Assembly (NCBI GenBank): GCA_009602735.1
Contig: WELA01003449.1
Span: 395,356 to 436,634 of the forward strand
Direction: 5' to 3'
Source of the DNA: Mesotaenium endlicherianum
Lineage: Eukaryota
Length of the DNA stretch: 41,279 bases
The notes beneath the pieces were generated by a model. That model made no database searches, had not been told where the DNA came from, and saw only the letters and a program-made list of their open reading frames with translations. Shown here in pieces: positions 1-12,507 of this stretch (the stretch's first letter is position 1; every line of letters begins with the position of its first letter). The translations under genes and the position numbers were made by a program.

Positions 1-63
<63 letters not shown>
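1..63. repeat. (CT)n microsatellite, intronic
   Basis: Near-perfect CT dinucleotide run at the window start. Confidence 0.95.
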
Positions 64-169
64 CCAGCAGCACCTTGCTGCCCACGGGGGACCGGGGACC
101 AGGCACTGGGCACGCATCGTCGCCTCTGAGCCGCAGTGCCACTCGTACATGTGTGGGGAGCGAGCGCAG

Positions 170-1779
170 GGGCCCAGGAGCTCGTGAGGGAGCTGAGGGC
201 GGCCCATCCCGACGACCTCATCAACAGCGCCCTGGGAGGCCTCTTCGCCGGGGCCCTGCTCGGCCGCTTGCACGGTACGGGCAGTACGGGTGGCCAGCTT
301 GGCTCGCGAAAGCATTCCGCTCTCGAGTCCTCCCGGGTCCAGATCCGGCGTCTGGGTGCCTGAACTCCACCAGCAAGCCCTAACCCTATAGTTTTGGTTC
401 TGACCCTAACCCTAGACAACTCGGAATCGCCTGGAGCCTGCAGCCAGAAGCCCCCGGCTGGAAACTCCTCGGTCTGAAACGTGGGCTTTTTCGAAGCCCT
501 CCAGACTCCTAAAGCAAATCTCTCAACACTCGCTGGTCCCGACTCATCCCCATTCACCCCCCCAGGTCATGCATGCTCCTATCATAAAGCTGCAGCCCTA
601 GCCCCTAAGCTAGCCCCAAGAACAGGGTGGGTTCATTGTTGTTGAACTCAGAGGGGGATGCCTAAGCCCATACTTCTCGGTTCCAAACCCTAAAATCAGA
701 ACCATTCCAGCCATCATCGAACAGACAGTAACACGAGGGCGGGGGTGGGGAGGGGGGAAGGGGATGTCGCAGCTGAGCCCTTTTCCTTGGTTAAGGGGAC
801 CATGAGGGATCTTTCCCGTGTCCGCTGCCCCCACCTCGCGCGCATCCTTAAATCTTAGATGGAACCCCAATTCCCGAACCCTGTGGGGTTGGCTCCCTCA
901 GGCGGCGGAACATTCGAAGAGGTCACTGCCAAAGAGTGGGGAGAGATGGAAAGTCCTGAGCCCTGATGCCAGATGAGCGGGAGTCACTAGCGGCACCTCT
1001 CAGGGAGGAGGCTAATGGGGCCGCTCTGGCAGGCCTGCTCTCTTCTTCCTCTCGGAGGGCCGAGAATGAGAGCGACAGGGCACAAGAAGGAAGCGGGAGA
1101 GCGCGAGAGCAAAGGGAGGGTGGGACGGAGGAGGGGAGGCAACTAGCGAGAGAGCAAAAGGGAGCGAGTGAGAGAGAGGAGGGTGGGGAGAGAGCGAGTG
1201 AGGGAAGGGAGGGAGGGAGGGGAGGGAGGGAGGGGAGGGAGGGGAGGGACGGAGGGAGGGAGCAAGGGATGGAGGGAGCTCAATCTTGTTTTCAAAGTTT
1301 TATGGCTGTCGCTTCAGGCCTGTCTGGGGGTGCAGGTGGTTTCCCTGTACCTCAGACCTGTTCACTTCGCTCGGGGGCTGTAGGAAACCGTCTGTTTTGG
1401 GATGAATTTTTGTGGATAGAGTCACAGCGAGGGTTTTGTGGGGTGTCGCCAGCGAGCCGCTTAAACCCTGGGGGCAGAGTTGGAATGAGGGTTCGTGGGG
1501 TGTGCCGCTTGTGCCTTAAACCCTGAACAGAGAGTGCCACCGCCCCAAAGTGGAGGTACGACTTGCCCTCGTCGCGTTCCAACAGCTTGGGGTGGTTGCA
1601 CACCTGGCGCCCACCAAGAGAGAGTTGCGGCTTGTGTGTTGCTTGGGAGTTAGCTTCCGGGGCGAGGAGGGTGAAGCTATGGCCCAACTCCTGCCTCCTC
1701 GGATTCTTGGGTTCTTTTGGGTGCTGCCTTCGTCCTCCCCCGTGGTGAGAGCAGGAGGAGGGGCCAGGGGAGAAGGCTG

Positions 1780-1814
<35 letters not shown>

Positions 1815-2835
1815 NNNNNNNNNNNNNNNNNNNNNNNNNNNNNNNNNNNNNNNNNNNNNNNNNNNNNNNNNNNNNNNNNNNNNNNNNNNNNNNNNNNNNN
1901 NNNNNNNNNNNNNNNNNNNNNNNNNNNNNNNNNNNNNNNNNNNNNNNNNNNNNNNNNNNNGGGGGGACTAAGAGCATCAGGCTTAGGGTTTTGAGAGGAA
2001 AGGATTACACACAGAAAGCCCGGGCGCGCGGGCGTGGCCACTGATCGTCACTAAGAAGAAAGGGGTGTGGGCAGTGAGTAGGATATGAACCCTCCCTTGG
2101 CCACACAAGAATCAACACGCAGGCATTGCCGAGGAAGACTTTGGAGGGAGCTGCTTGCTCGCCCTGCAGTTGTGTGGACGGAGGGCTTTAGAGATGGGAT
2201 ACGTGTGCGTCCAGAAAGCAGGGAGCAGAAAGCAGGGAGCAGGGGCCAGGGAGATGGCCTGGGAGTGCAATATGATGCCTTAACAGTTAGTTCTCACGTC
2301 TTCTTGTGATCTCATGTCTTGTGAAAGCGCAGGCGGAGTGCCGAGGGCAGTGACGGCGAGCGTCCTCTTTGGCGCCGCAGCCGCAGGGCTCCACCTGGCA
2401 AGCATCGAATTCCAGGCGTACCGGCTCAGGTCCTACCTCCACCTGTCCCGCGAAGAGCAGCGCGAGCAGGTGGCGGTAAGCCTGCCAGCTGGCGGCCTGA
2501 GGGAGGGCTCTCAGAGTGCACAGGGCGGCTCAGATGCCGCCCAAGCCGCCACAGGCACTAGGTCGGCGCCACCTGGCAGCGGTCAGCCTGGGGATCTTCG
2601 AGCAGGGAGCGAGGGTGAGGATGCGCCGCCCTGGGGCTCCCCGCCTGACGCCCACAGCAGGGGGAGGAAGGAGGGCGGCAAGGGGGGACGGGAGACTGAC
2701 ACGTGGCAGTGGCCTGAGTGGCTGCCGATAAGGCGGCTGGGCGACGAGGAGGCCGCGAAGCGCGCCGAGGAGAAGGAAGCGGAGTTCCGGCGGCGGGTGC
2801 AGGCTGCTCTGCAGGGCAAGAGCGTGGAGCGCTGA
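170..2835 (+). CDS. Tim17/Tim22/Tim23 (PRAT)-family membrane protein, 3' part (5' exons lie outside the window)
   Basis: Exons 170-274 (GAQELVRELRAAHPDDLINSALGGLFAGALLGRLH) and 2333-2835 (GGVPRAVTASVLFGAAAAG...WQWPEWLPIRRLGDEEAAKR...stop) join in frame across a phase-1 GT-AG intron at 275-2332. The DDxxNSxxGGxxxGALLG glycine-rich TM motif and the PEWxPI tail resemble plant PRAT proteins (recalled). The acceptor at 168-169 is inferred. Confidence 0.75.
1815..1960. other. Assembly gap (N run) next to a (GA)n tract
   Basis: Run of N. Confidence 0.99.
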
Positions 2836-4639
2836 TTGGGCCAATCGATCGATCGATGCCATGTGTGACTTGGTGGGTCGATCGGTCTGCCTACCTTTCT
2901 GTCGAACTTAATAGGGTCTCGGTTTGATAGGTCGATTGATCGATCGATCAATTTGTTGACATTGTTGGCCGCTCGGTGAAGTCTGGGCACAAGCTTGAGG
3001 CTCTTTTCCCATTCTTCTTCTCTAGGCTGGGCTGGGCTGGGCTTTGCTGGGTCGAGGTTGCGCTGGGGCATTTGCTGTGGCCCCCTAAACAAAAGCTGAA
3101 ACCCAAAGCCCCAGGCCCGGAGCTCGGACTCCGCTCTGGGAGATTAGGCTCACGTCGAGGCCCTGATGGGTCTCTAGTATGCGCACTTTGTCGAGTCAAA
3201 GTTGCGATGTGCACTTGTGATGGTCAATCGAGAGGCAGAGGGAGAGAGGGGCACGTCGGCGGGTCAACAAGGGCGGCCATTCTCACGGTGTAGGGTTTAG
3301 GCGCACCCTGGCTCTGGTGAGTTGTCTGCTCTTCAGAGCCTGACTTCGGCAGCTTGTAGGCTCCTCTTGAGTACAAGAGGCTTCCTCACGCCATGCTGAT
3401 TGTAACGTGTTACGTGTAACGCCGTTGGAAGTTGTAGGACATAGGCACATTCGAATGTGATGCTTGTTACTGAGTCGCTTTCTTCAGAGGAAGGTGCATT
3501 AGGGCTGCCTAGTCTCTGGTCTCTTGTAGTAAGTGAAGAGCGTGTTGGAAATGTGATGAGGAAGGCAAATGTTGAGAGCTGCTTCAAGCTATAGTGTGCT
3601 CACCTTATTAGAAGATGCGGCCTATGACTTGTGCACATTTAGAAAGCATAAAGGATTCTGAAAGCGGCACTGCCCCATGGCTGTGCAGTCTCTCTATGGG
3701 AGCTAGAGTAGGGCACGCCTCCCTCCTGACTGAGGCTTAAGCACTAAAATGTGACACATATGGCACTAATACATGAGCGTGAGTCACATCATTCTGTTTG
3801 CAAGTGCAAAGATGTAAAGTGGTTCAGTTTATGCTGTCAACATCTCAAAGAATGTTTCAAAGATGTGTCTGTCATATGAGTGAGGCGCATGAGTCATTTC
3901 GTGAAGTCATTTTATCTGTTGATTCATGATTGAGTGAGGCCTCTTTTTAATGAAATGAAAAATAGTTGTCGGAAAACTGACACTTGAGGGAGGCTCACTC
4001 TTTCAGAAATCGTTGTATGCAGTGAGTGAGGGGCCACACTTGAGAGTTACCGACTCTTATCATATATTAGATTTTTATTAGTGGTAATATGTGAAAGTGC
4101 TGCATTCGCATTTCATTTTGGACTAGAGGCAGGCGCCTCGATCATGCTTGCATCAGCCCTCCAATGCCCAACACTCACCGACCCCCCGGGCCCCCAGACC
4201 CCGAGGCACCCCAAGGGTGGAGTCACGACTTACTGGAGTCAAGCTCAAGGCAATGCAGCTCGACGAGGTGGGTATCTACTATCACATGCCAAACGGTCGG
4301 TTATCGCGTGCCAAGACGTCAACGTCGGAGTAAAGTCGGGTGTCGAACTTCGAGGCCTGTGCCAGCATGTTCGAGCGATCGACGAAGCCATGTCCCGACT
4401 CCCCACCCAAATTATTGACTTACAGCTCGCTTTAATTGTCGTCTGCTGCATGGGCACGCATGCAGCTCGTAAAACGTTATCATCAGGCATGCACGGCATA
4501 TGAGATTCGACTACGAGTGAGTTACTCTTACGAGCTTCTTCATCCTCCTCTTAGAATTTGGCGCAAAATATTTCCTCTCTTTCATCCTAGGCTCATTTCG
4601 CCCAGTGGTGTTAGGCTAGTGGTGATCCGTCAACTAGAG

Positions 4640-6179
4640 ATGAGCCACCCAGGGCCAGTAAATGTCATAACAGTGAGGAAGGACGGGAGCGGGCAGTTCC
4701 AATCCATTCAGGCAGCCGTAGATCATGTACCCCTTCGCAACACTGTGCCCGTGACGATCCAGATTAGTCCTGGCACTTACACCGAGCAGGTAAGGAATGA
4801 CTAGAAAGTTCTCTGGTTTTTACCCTTTTCCTCTGATTATCTGACGAATATCTCTAGAAAATATGTTCTGGCTCAAGATATAGACGCGTCCGTTTGTACT
4901 GCCATTCGTCCACCTAGCACGACCTCAGCATTAAATTTTTGAAATGTTTCTGCAACTCCTAAATCTATCTTGGCGACTTGCAAGGACATTGGAGTTAGAT
5001 TGTCTTTCTCAACATATTTATCGCGATTCTCTCTGTGAAGCTTCCTGTAGAAAGCATGGATGTATAGAATATGATCAACTTCTGCAAATGTACTGGTGAC
5101 GACTTGATCTCCAGGTCAAAAAACTTTCATTCTCGCTTCTTTCTGCAAATGCCGGCAAAGGATGTATCATCATATCGCCCTTTCTTCTTCATCTTTCTTT
5201 CTCAAAAACAGAACAAAACAAAACACAAGTGCATTCCAATGCCATCAATGTTGTGTAATCAAATCCTGTGTAGAATATGGAGCTTAAATTTACGTTTATG
5301 GCTTTTTAAAACCCGAGTCTATATTTTGATTTTCCATCTTGACTCTCTTGTCAAGGCACTAAAGTTTCACTGCAAAGCACGACCATCCACAATGGCATTC
5401 ACACTGGCACTATGACTCTGAAACTCTTACAACTCCTGAAACTTTGTGAGCTGAGCACGTTCAAGGCTCACTCTATCTGGTCTTATTTAGCAGCCGCCAC
5501 GAAAGGTTTGAAGTTCACAGTGACTGGGGAAAGAAAGTAAAAAGGTGGTGCTGAGGTGGGAAAGAGATTGTCGCAACTTGTGGGCTAGAGTGCGGAGGCT
5601 ACCCCAGTTGTGTGTCGCCCCGCCAAAACCCGAAGTTCCAAGTCCGCAACCAAAACTACATTGCGTGTGTGCACGCGTCTGCATTCCCTGGCAATTCCGT
5701 GGAGGTTGTCATTCCTCGTGGACAAATACCTCGGCAGCTTGCCCAGCTTAGCGCCGCACGATGTTCCCGTGACTGTGTCGCGTGTGTCTTCCTCGCATGC
5801 TCTCTCGGACCGAGGCATGCAATAAGTCAGTGGTGTGCTCGTGTGCGACGATTCAATCAGAAGCTGCCACGTCATCGCCACCTCCGTTCCGCTTGGTGCA
5901 GGTGCTGGTGCCCTTCTCCAAGGACTTCATCACGCTGCAAGGCCAGAGCTCCAGCACCACTGTGCTGACATTTGGCGCGTTTGTGAACAAGCCGGGCGGG
6001 CCAGATGGCAAGCCTTACAACACTTACAACTCCGGCACCATTCAGGTCGCCCCTGCCCCCCTCTTCATTCCCCCCAATTTCCCCATCTGGGGCCCTTTTG
6101 CTCACCTTCTCTGCCCACGTCCCCTGGTCCGCCCTACCTATGCCCTCAACTGCATCCCGGCAAACAAGCGCACACACAT

Positions 6180-6210
<31 letters not shown>

Positions 6211-9200
6211 TGCGCGCGCGCGCACGCGCACGCCAACAAACAAATAAACAAGCAAGCTTAAGCACACAGGGGATGCACAGCTGCACAACTGGCTGCTGAA
6301 GTCGTACTCCCCCTCAGCCCGGCGCTGACTGCTTCCGTCGCGCCTCGCGGCGCCGCCACGTGCCGGCTGCAGATCCAGGCGAAGCGCTTCACGGCCGTGG
6401 GCGTGACCTTCCGCAACGAGGCGGGGCCCACATGTGGCGGCGCGTCGGGGCAAAACCAGGCGGTGGCCGCCCGCGTGACGAGTGACTGCGCCGCCTTCTA
6501 TGCGTGCGTCTTCCTCGGCTTCCAGGACACGCTGTACGCGCACCAGTTCCGCCAGGTGGCGCCCCTGCTCTCCCGATCCCTCCCTCTCTCTCTCCCACCC
6601 CTCTCCCTCCCCCTCTCGCCCCCTGCCTCCCCTCTGTCTTCCCCCACAGCAGTGTCTCCTCTTGGCTGATACTCTGCTCTGGGCTCAATGGGGGGGAGTC
6701 GGAGTGAAGTGTGATTGCTGGGCATTTCTTTGGGGGTCTCTGTGTGCGGGCTGCATAGCCCTGCTGATTCGGCGCGCCCCGCTTTCTCGTTGCCTCCCTG
6801 CGCCGCCACCTGTCGCAGGGTGCCAGCTCTGCTGAAGAAGCACCTTCTATCTCGCCTCGCACTAAACTGCATCATCGGGGGTTGTGCAAGCCAACTGGAC
6901 TGACACTGCCCTCCCTCTCCCCCCCCNNNNNNNNNNNNNNNNNNNNNNNNNNNNNNNNNNNNNNNNNNNNNNNNNNNNNNNNNNNNNNNNNNNNNNNNNN
7001 NNNNNNNNNNNNNNNNNNNNNNNNNNNNNNNNNNNNNNNNNNNNNNNNNNNNNNNNNNNNNNNNNNNNNNNNNNNNNNNNNNNNNNNNNNNNNNNNNNNN
7101 NNNNNNNNNNNNNNNNNNNNNNNNNNNNNNNNNNNNNNNNNNNNNNNNNNNNNNNNNNNNNNNNNNNNNNNNNNNNNNNNNNNNNNNNNNNNNNNNNNNN
7201 NNNNNNNNNNNNNNNNNNNNNNNNNNNNNNNNNNNNNNNNNNNNNNNNNNNNNNNNNNNNNNNNNNNNNNNNNNNNNNNNNNNNNNNNNNNNNNNNNNNN
7301 NNNCTTTCTCCCCCCTCTTCAGCTTCCTGCGTTGCCCCCCCTCTTGCTCCCTTGCTTTCTTGCCCCCCTTGCCCCCCTTCATCCTTGTCTTCCTGCCTGT
7401 CTTAAGTCTCCTCCCTCCTCCCTGCCTGAATCCTTAGACCTGACATCCTCAGACTTGAGAGAGGAAATTCCTACACTTGAATCCTCCCCACACCGCCCAT
7501 TTGGATCTCCTGCACTCCTGGGTTTTCAAAACCCGAGGAAAGTTTCCCTACCCTGAGCTCCGACCATTTATCGCCCCTCGCGTTCTCCCCTTCAGTCGCT
7601 TCAACCTCGGGCACGGCCGTGCCTGCCTTAGTGGGCACGCAACGTGTGTTCTTACTACTTGACATCTGAGATGCAATTGGGCGAGTCCTACAGCAGACCC
7701 ACAGCTTCGACACCTGCCCACCAGTGTGCAAGGGGGGCTCCTAATCTAGGGTTCATGGACCAGGTTCTGGGTTTAAGGGAATATCGGCCTCCCGGTTTCC
7801 CCCTCTGCAAGTTGGCGGCACATGACGAGGAGGTCGCAGCGGCTGCCCTCCGCGCCCGCCCGCCTGTACCTGCTCCGCGCTTGCATGAAATCCTTACAAC
7901 CTGAGGTCTCCTGGGTTCAGATTCTGCTTTTAGGGTTTGCGCATCCTGCCGGTGTGCCTGTGCCTCGCTCTTGTCTCTGGCAAAAGCGGGAGGGTTGCTG
8001 TGACCGACACGCGTGGTGGCATGCATGTGCGTGCTGCATGCATGCACGCACCTCGGCTCAGCTCTTCTAAAACCTCAACGCGATGACCTGGAGGCGAGGA
8101 GAAGAGGGGAAGGGGGGGAAGGGGGACAGGCATGGAGGAGTCACTTCCGCGCTGCTGAGGCATTCCGCCTCGGTCGATTGATGTTCTCGCCTGAACCCAG
8201 TTCGTGCGCCTCGCAGCGGACGCTCTCCCCCTGTGGCTCTCAAGACATCAACCACATGTCTTCGCCTCTCAGGGAAGCACGTGGGTGGCACTAGCTTGTG
8301 CACTCACTCTGGACCGGGACGGCCCATTGGTTCCCCTGTGGGCCTTCATTGCTATTGGCCCGCAAGCAAGCCCTTTCGACGCACGCAGTGTCCTTGTCTC
8401 CCGGAACCGGAAACTAAACCTTAACTCTAATTCAAGCTTAAACCTAACAGGTCTAGGTTCTGCTCCACGACCCTTAATTCTTGACCTACATCTTCCAGAA
8501 CCTTGCCCACCTGATGCTGACGCGCCTGTGCACTTGAATGTACTCCATCGCCTGCACCATGCGTGCAGCCAAGCCAGGTGTTGCCGGCCCGTGCTATCTG
8601 GGCCGGCCGTGGAGGAACGACGCGCGTGTTATCGTGGCCAACTCTCATCTCGACAGCTGTATCCCCCCGGGCGGCTGGGACCGCTGGGACGGCAACACGG
8701 ACGTCGCAAGGCCCTCCTTTTGGGAGTTCCAAAACACTGGCCCCGGCGCCATCCAGGTGTCTGCCTCAGCTCTCTCTCCCTCTCTCCCTCTCTCCCCTTT
8801 CTCTCTCTCTCTCTCTCCCTCTTTCTCCCTCTCTTTCCCTCTTTCTTTCTCTCTATATACGTCTTAACCTCTCTGTGTGCGCGCGCGCGCGTGTGTGTGT
8901 GTGTGTGTCTGTGTGTGCGCTCGCGCGCAAGCGCGTGTGATTCTGCGCGATTTTTTTTTCTTTAATATTGTTGGAATGTCCCAAGGCACTGGATACGGAC
9001 GTTGTCACATTCCCTCACTATTGTCTTTGCTTGCATGTGCGTGTGTGTTTGCATGTGGATGCGCGCTCTCGCCTGTGCATTGCGTTTGGATGGTAAGGCC
9101 GAGAGGGACGAGGAAGAGGAAAGGCGGGAGGGAGGGGACAGACTGAACGCGAGAATGTCCCCTCTGCTCCCTGAGGCCTGGTCAACGCACGCATGCCGGG

Positions 9201-9873
9201 AACCCTCGCCACGTGGCGCTTGTCAAAACCGCCGGCCGCTTGCACGACGTGGCTGGGCGGCGCTGCTGCTGCTGCTGACGACGACAATGATGTTGAGCCG
9301 CTTGCTTCAGTTGTTGGCCCCGGAAATTTGAGCTCCACCTTCACAGGCATTCTTGTTGGCAACATCGCGCAGCTCCTATCAGAGGAGAAGTGCCAGCGTT
9401 TTTCTGAGGGCTCTCAACTGAGATTTGCTCACACTCTAAGCGCCTCACAGCCACTGGCACAGCCCCCCGCTGCGTACGTTGGTGAGAAGGAAAACGCAGG
9501 AAATGCAGCTGCCCCTTGGTGCCTTGCCGTCTTATTGAGCATATGAAATTTCTTTTTATGTTTTGGCTGGCAGGGGGGGAAAGCGACCCGCTTCATCGGA
9601 AAGGCAGTGGGGCAAGCAGACGTTGCGCCCTTCCTGGATCTGCCCCACTTCTTTGGGCAGGCGGAGAATTTTCCCGGCCCGAGCCCTCTGGCGCAGGCGC
9701 CCCCTCTCGTGCTCGCGCCCACGCCGCCCGGTATGAACGACGCCCCCCGTCCCGCTGTCTCACCAGGTGGCATCCTCGCACCACCCCCTCCTCGCTCGTT
9801 TCTCTCCGACGTCACCACAAAGATCAAGCAGAAAGCCAAACAGTCCTTCCTCGGTCTCAATTCCTCGCGATAA
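4640..9873 (+). CDS. Pectin methylesterase (pectinesterase, CE8), paralogue 1
   Basis: Exons 4640-4789, 5902-6045, 6373-6555, [one exon probably hidden in gap 6927-7303], 8569-8756, 9574-9873, with GT-AG boundaries. Motifs DGSGQFQSIQAAVD, GTYTE, QAVAARV, GFQDTLY, YLGRPW, GWDRW, EFQNTGPGA. The DFIFG exon is not visible. The last exon aligns with that of paralogue 2. Confidence 0.9.
6927..7303. other. Assembly gap probably hiding a ~187 nt exon of PME paralogue 1
   Basis: N run of 377 nt. The segment equivalent to YFERC...DFVFG...FT of paralogue 2 is missing from the visible sequence, and the flanking phases (0 and 1) require it. Confidence 0.8.
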
Positions 9874-11349
9874 AAGATCTCTCGCCCCCCATCTCCTGTG
9901 AGCGTGGGCGCGGGCCCTGGGTGACGGATCCAAGACGGGTCCATGCCTGTCGCTGTTGGAAGCCGGGTCAACGGCGTGTCGGCATGTCGTCACAAGGAAG
10001 CTGTCGTAGCCCGGAGGCAATCGTCGGCACATGCGACGTGCTCGAGGAGTTCTGGAGCTGTCAGGCGTGCACCCCATGCCGACATTTTTCGTCAACAGGC
10101 CCTCCTCCTTCCTCTTCTTCTCCCTCTTCTCCCCCTCGCTTTCACTTTTCTTCTTCTTTTTTTCTTCTTTCTTCTTTCTTCCCCCCCACACACGGGGAGC
10201 GTCTGATGCAAGGGGCGTGGAGTTGCAATGTACGGGAGACTTTCCAATAGGGTAACAGGTGTTTCGCATCCCGCCCTTTCACGTGGCCACCTTGTGCCCG
10301 CCCTCTTCTCGCAGCAGTAAACAATAGGGCCACCAGCATGGGGCTCGTCCCAGTCTACAGCTAGTAAGACTCATTCGGATAACATTGAAGATAATGACAT
10401 GTGGTACGGTTGGGTGACGTGTCATCTAATATGTGACATGTGTCAGCCAGGCCTTAAATCTCCAAGGATAATTTGTCTGGGGTAATGAGATCTCGGCTTG
10501 AAACATCCAGCCCCCTTAGGAAATCACGGGGGACATGCTCTGTCTGAAGGGTGTAGTTGTATCAGTAGTTATGTGAGTTATGTAGCACTGAGTCACGTCG
10601 TGTAGCATACACTGAGCCTTGGTTATATTTATTGAGCGTAGCCTTGTAGAATGTATCGAGCCTTGTACTAAATGTTTTTGAGCTGTACCGATACGCTTTG
10701 TATTATCATGTAACATGTAGTCTATGTCTACACGCATATCTATCGCATCCCCGGCAGAGGAGGGGCCTCTCTTGGGTTCATTCTCTCGCCATTGGCTCTC
10801 TCTCGCCAAACTCGTAGCTCCTTGTGCTCGTGCTGTATGGGGGCCACTGGATGGGGCTCTCATTGCACGTGCGTATCACTTTGGCGTACTGTGAATGCGA
10901 TCTTCGATCGTGCATGGGCTGTACTTTTGAAACTGTCGAATCTCACGCATATGCGTGGCTTGCCGTTGGCAAGTACGACACATGTCGTTGGTACACATTG
11001 TCAAGATAAAGGTCTACGATGAATGAGTGCACGACCGGTGTGTTCTTTCCTTCTGTTGCAGCAACGAGTGTGCTGGTGTACTATATAGGACTTGAAGGTG
11101 AAGGACTTTCATAGAAAATCCTTCAAGTGTCTACCATATTCAATACAATGCCCGGCCGCATGGCCCTTGTTATCTGTAACATTTATCAGGCGTTGGTAGT
11201 CAGCACATAGAGTCTATGTACGCAGACGCCGCACCTTTGTCGCGGAAATACAAAGCTGTAACAAGATCTTCAGGGTTGGTATAAAAAGGCAAAGCGCAAT
11301 GCTTGGCAATGAGTTGGACTTCGCATTAACCGCAAACTGATTGGTGCAT

Positions 11350-11364
11350 ATGCGCACACGCACA

Positions 11365-11410
<46 letters not shown>

Positions 11411-11539
11411 CACACATATCTCTACGCACATTCACACGCACACATGCACACACACACGCACACATTTGCACGTGCGCGGACACACACACACGCACGCGTG
11501 CACGTGCACTTGAAGAACATGAATCAATATATATGTATG

Positions 11540-11611
<72 letters not shown>

Positions 11612-11635
11612 TGTGTGTGTCTGTGTGTGTGTGTG
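11350..11635. repeat. Compound microsatellite (CA)n...(CT)n(GT)n
   Basis: CA-rich tract at 11350-11510, CT run at ~11544-11593, GT run at ~11594-11635. Confidence 0.95.
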
Positions 11636-12507
11636 GCATTCACTACAAAAAAAAGTAATGAGGTCTTCTCAATCTGCCCCTAGGTTGTGAAGATGGTGCA
11701 AATTTCGGGGGTGGATTGATTTGTAACAATTGCGGGTTCTTTAATGTCTTCTCTTGAGTCATATTCTGACGACGTCTGGGGTGCCTTGCAGAAAGCCAGA
11801 ATTGGTAGCTGCATCCAGTTGCAGGTGTCCCTTTTGTGAAGCACTAAACCTCGTTCACTCCCAGCATCTAATGCAACGGAGCTGCCAGCAGGGAGCTGAC
11901 ATCTGGAGCTTTCCATTGATTACGGCTTGAAAACAGGACTTTGGGGGGTCAGGGTTAGGGTTTGGGGTTCACATGAGCCCAGATAGGCGACGCAAGCTTG
12001 CAAGAGAGCCAGCTCCTGCACAGGTTCCACGTGTGGAGGGCAGGCTCCGGCCACTTCACCGAGCTGACTCAGCCTGCTCTGGGGCACCCTTCACATCCCG
12101 CCCGTGCCAGACGGCTGCAAGTGGCACTCTGGCACCCTGCCAGCAGCTTGGGCCAGCTTGCAGGCGCGCCCCGGCATCCCTCCTTGCGGGGCTCACGCGC
12201 TGCGATAAGTGGCGTCCTGCCAGCAGCGACCCGCTGCCAGCAGCAGCCAGCGATGCAATGCAACCCCAACCTGTGTTGCATACGACTATTCTGCTCGCGC
12301 TCGCGCGCACGGAGACTGCAAGCCAAGAAAAAAACGGACTGCAAAACCCTAAGCACTTAAAAATCTAGCCTATCTATCGTAGGCGAGGCCTCACAGCCCT
12401 GCTGCGGCACCTGTCTGTTGCTTGTCTGGTGGCTAGGCTCGCAGAGCGCCCCCTCCTTGTCCTCCGGCAAAGTGGATGCGCGTGAGTATGCGACAGCTGG
12501 CGGACGA

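Noticed and set aside
966..2044. Several 60-190 aa ORFs rich in E/G/R
   Set aside because: They lie inside the 275-2332 intron and derive from GA-rich simple repeats and an N gap.
9193..9546. ORF containing QLLSEEKCQRF as a possible last PME exon
   Set aside because: Exon 9574-9873 has the right phase and aligns much better with the last exon of paralogue 2.
10397..10717. AT-rich patch bracketed by ACATGT, possible solo LTR or MITE
   Set aside because: Terminal repeats are too short and there is no second copy in the window, so it cannot be supported.
11641..11655. CACTACAAAAAAAAG, resembling a CACTA transposon terminus
   Set aside because: No inverted partner or transposase was seen in the window.
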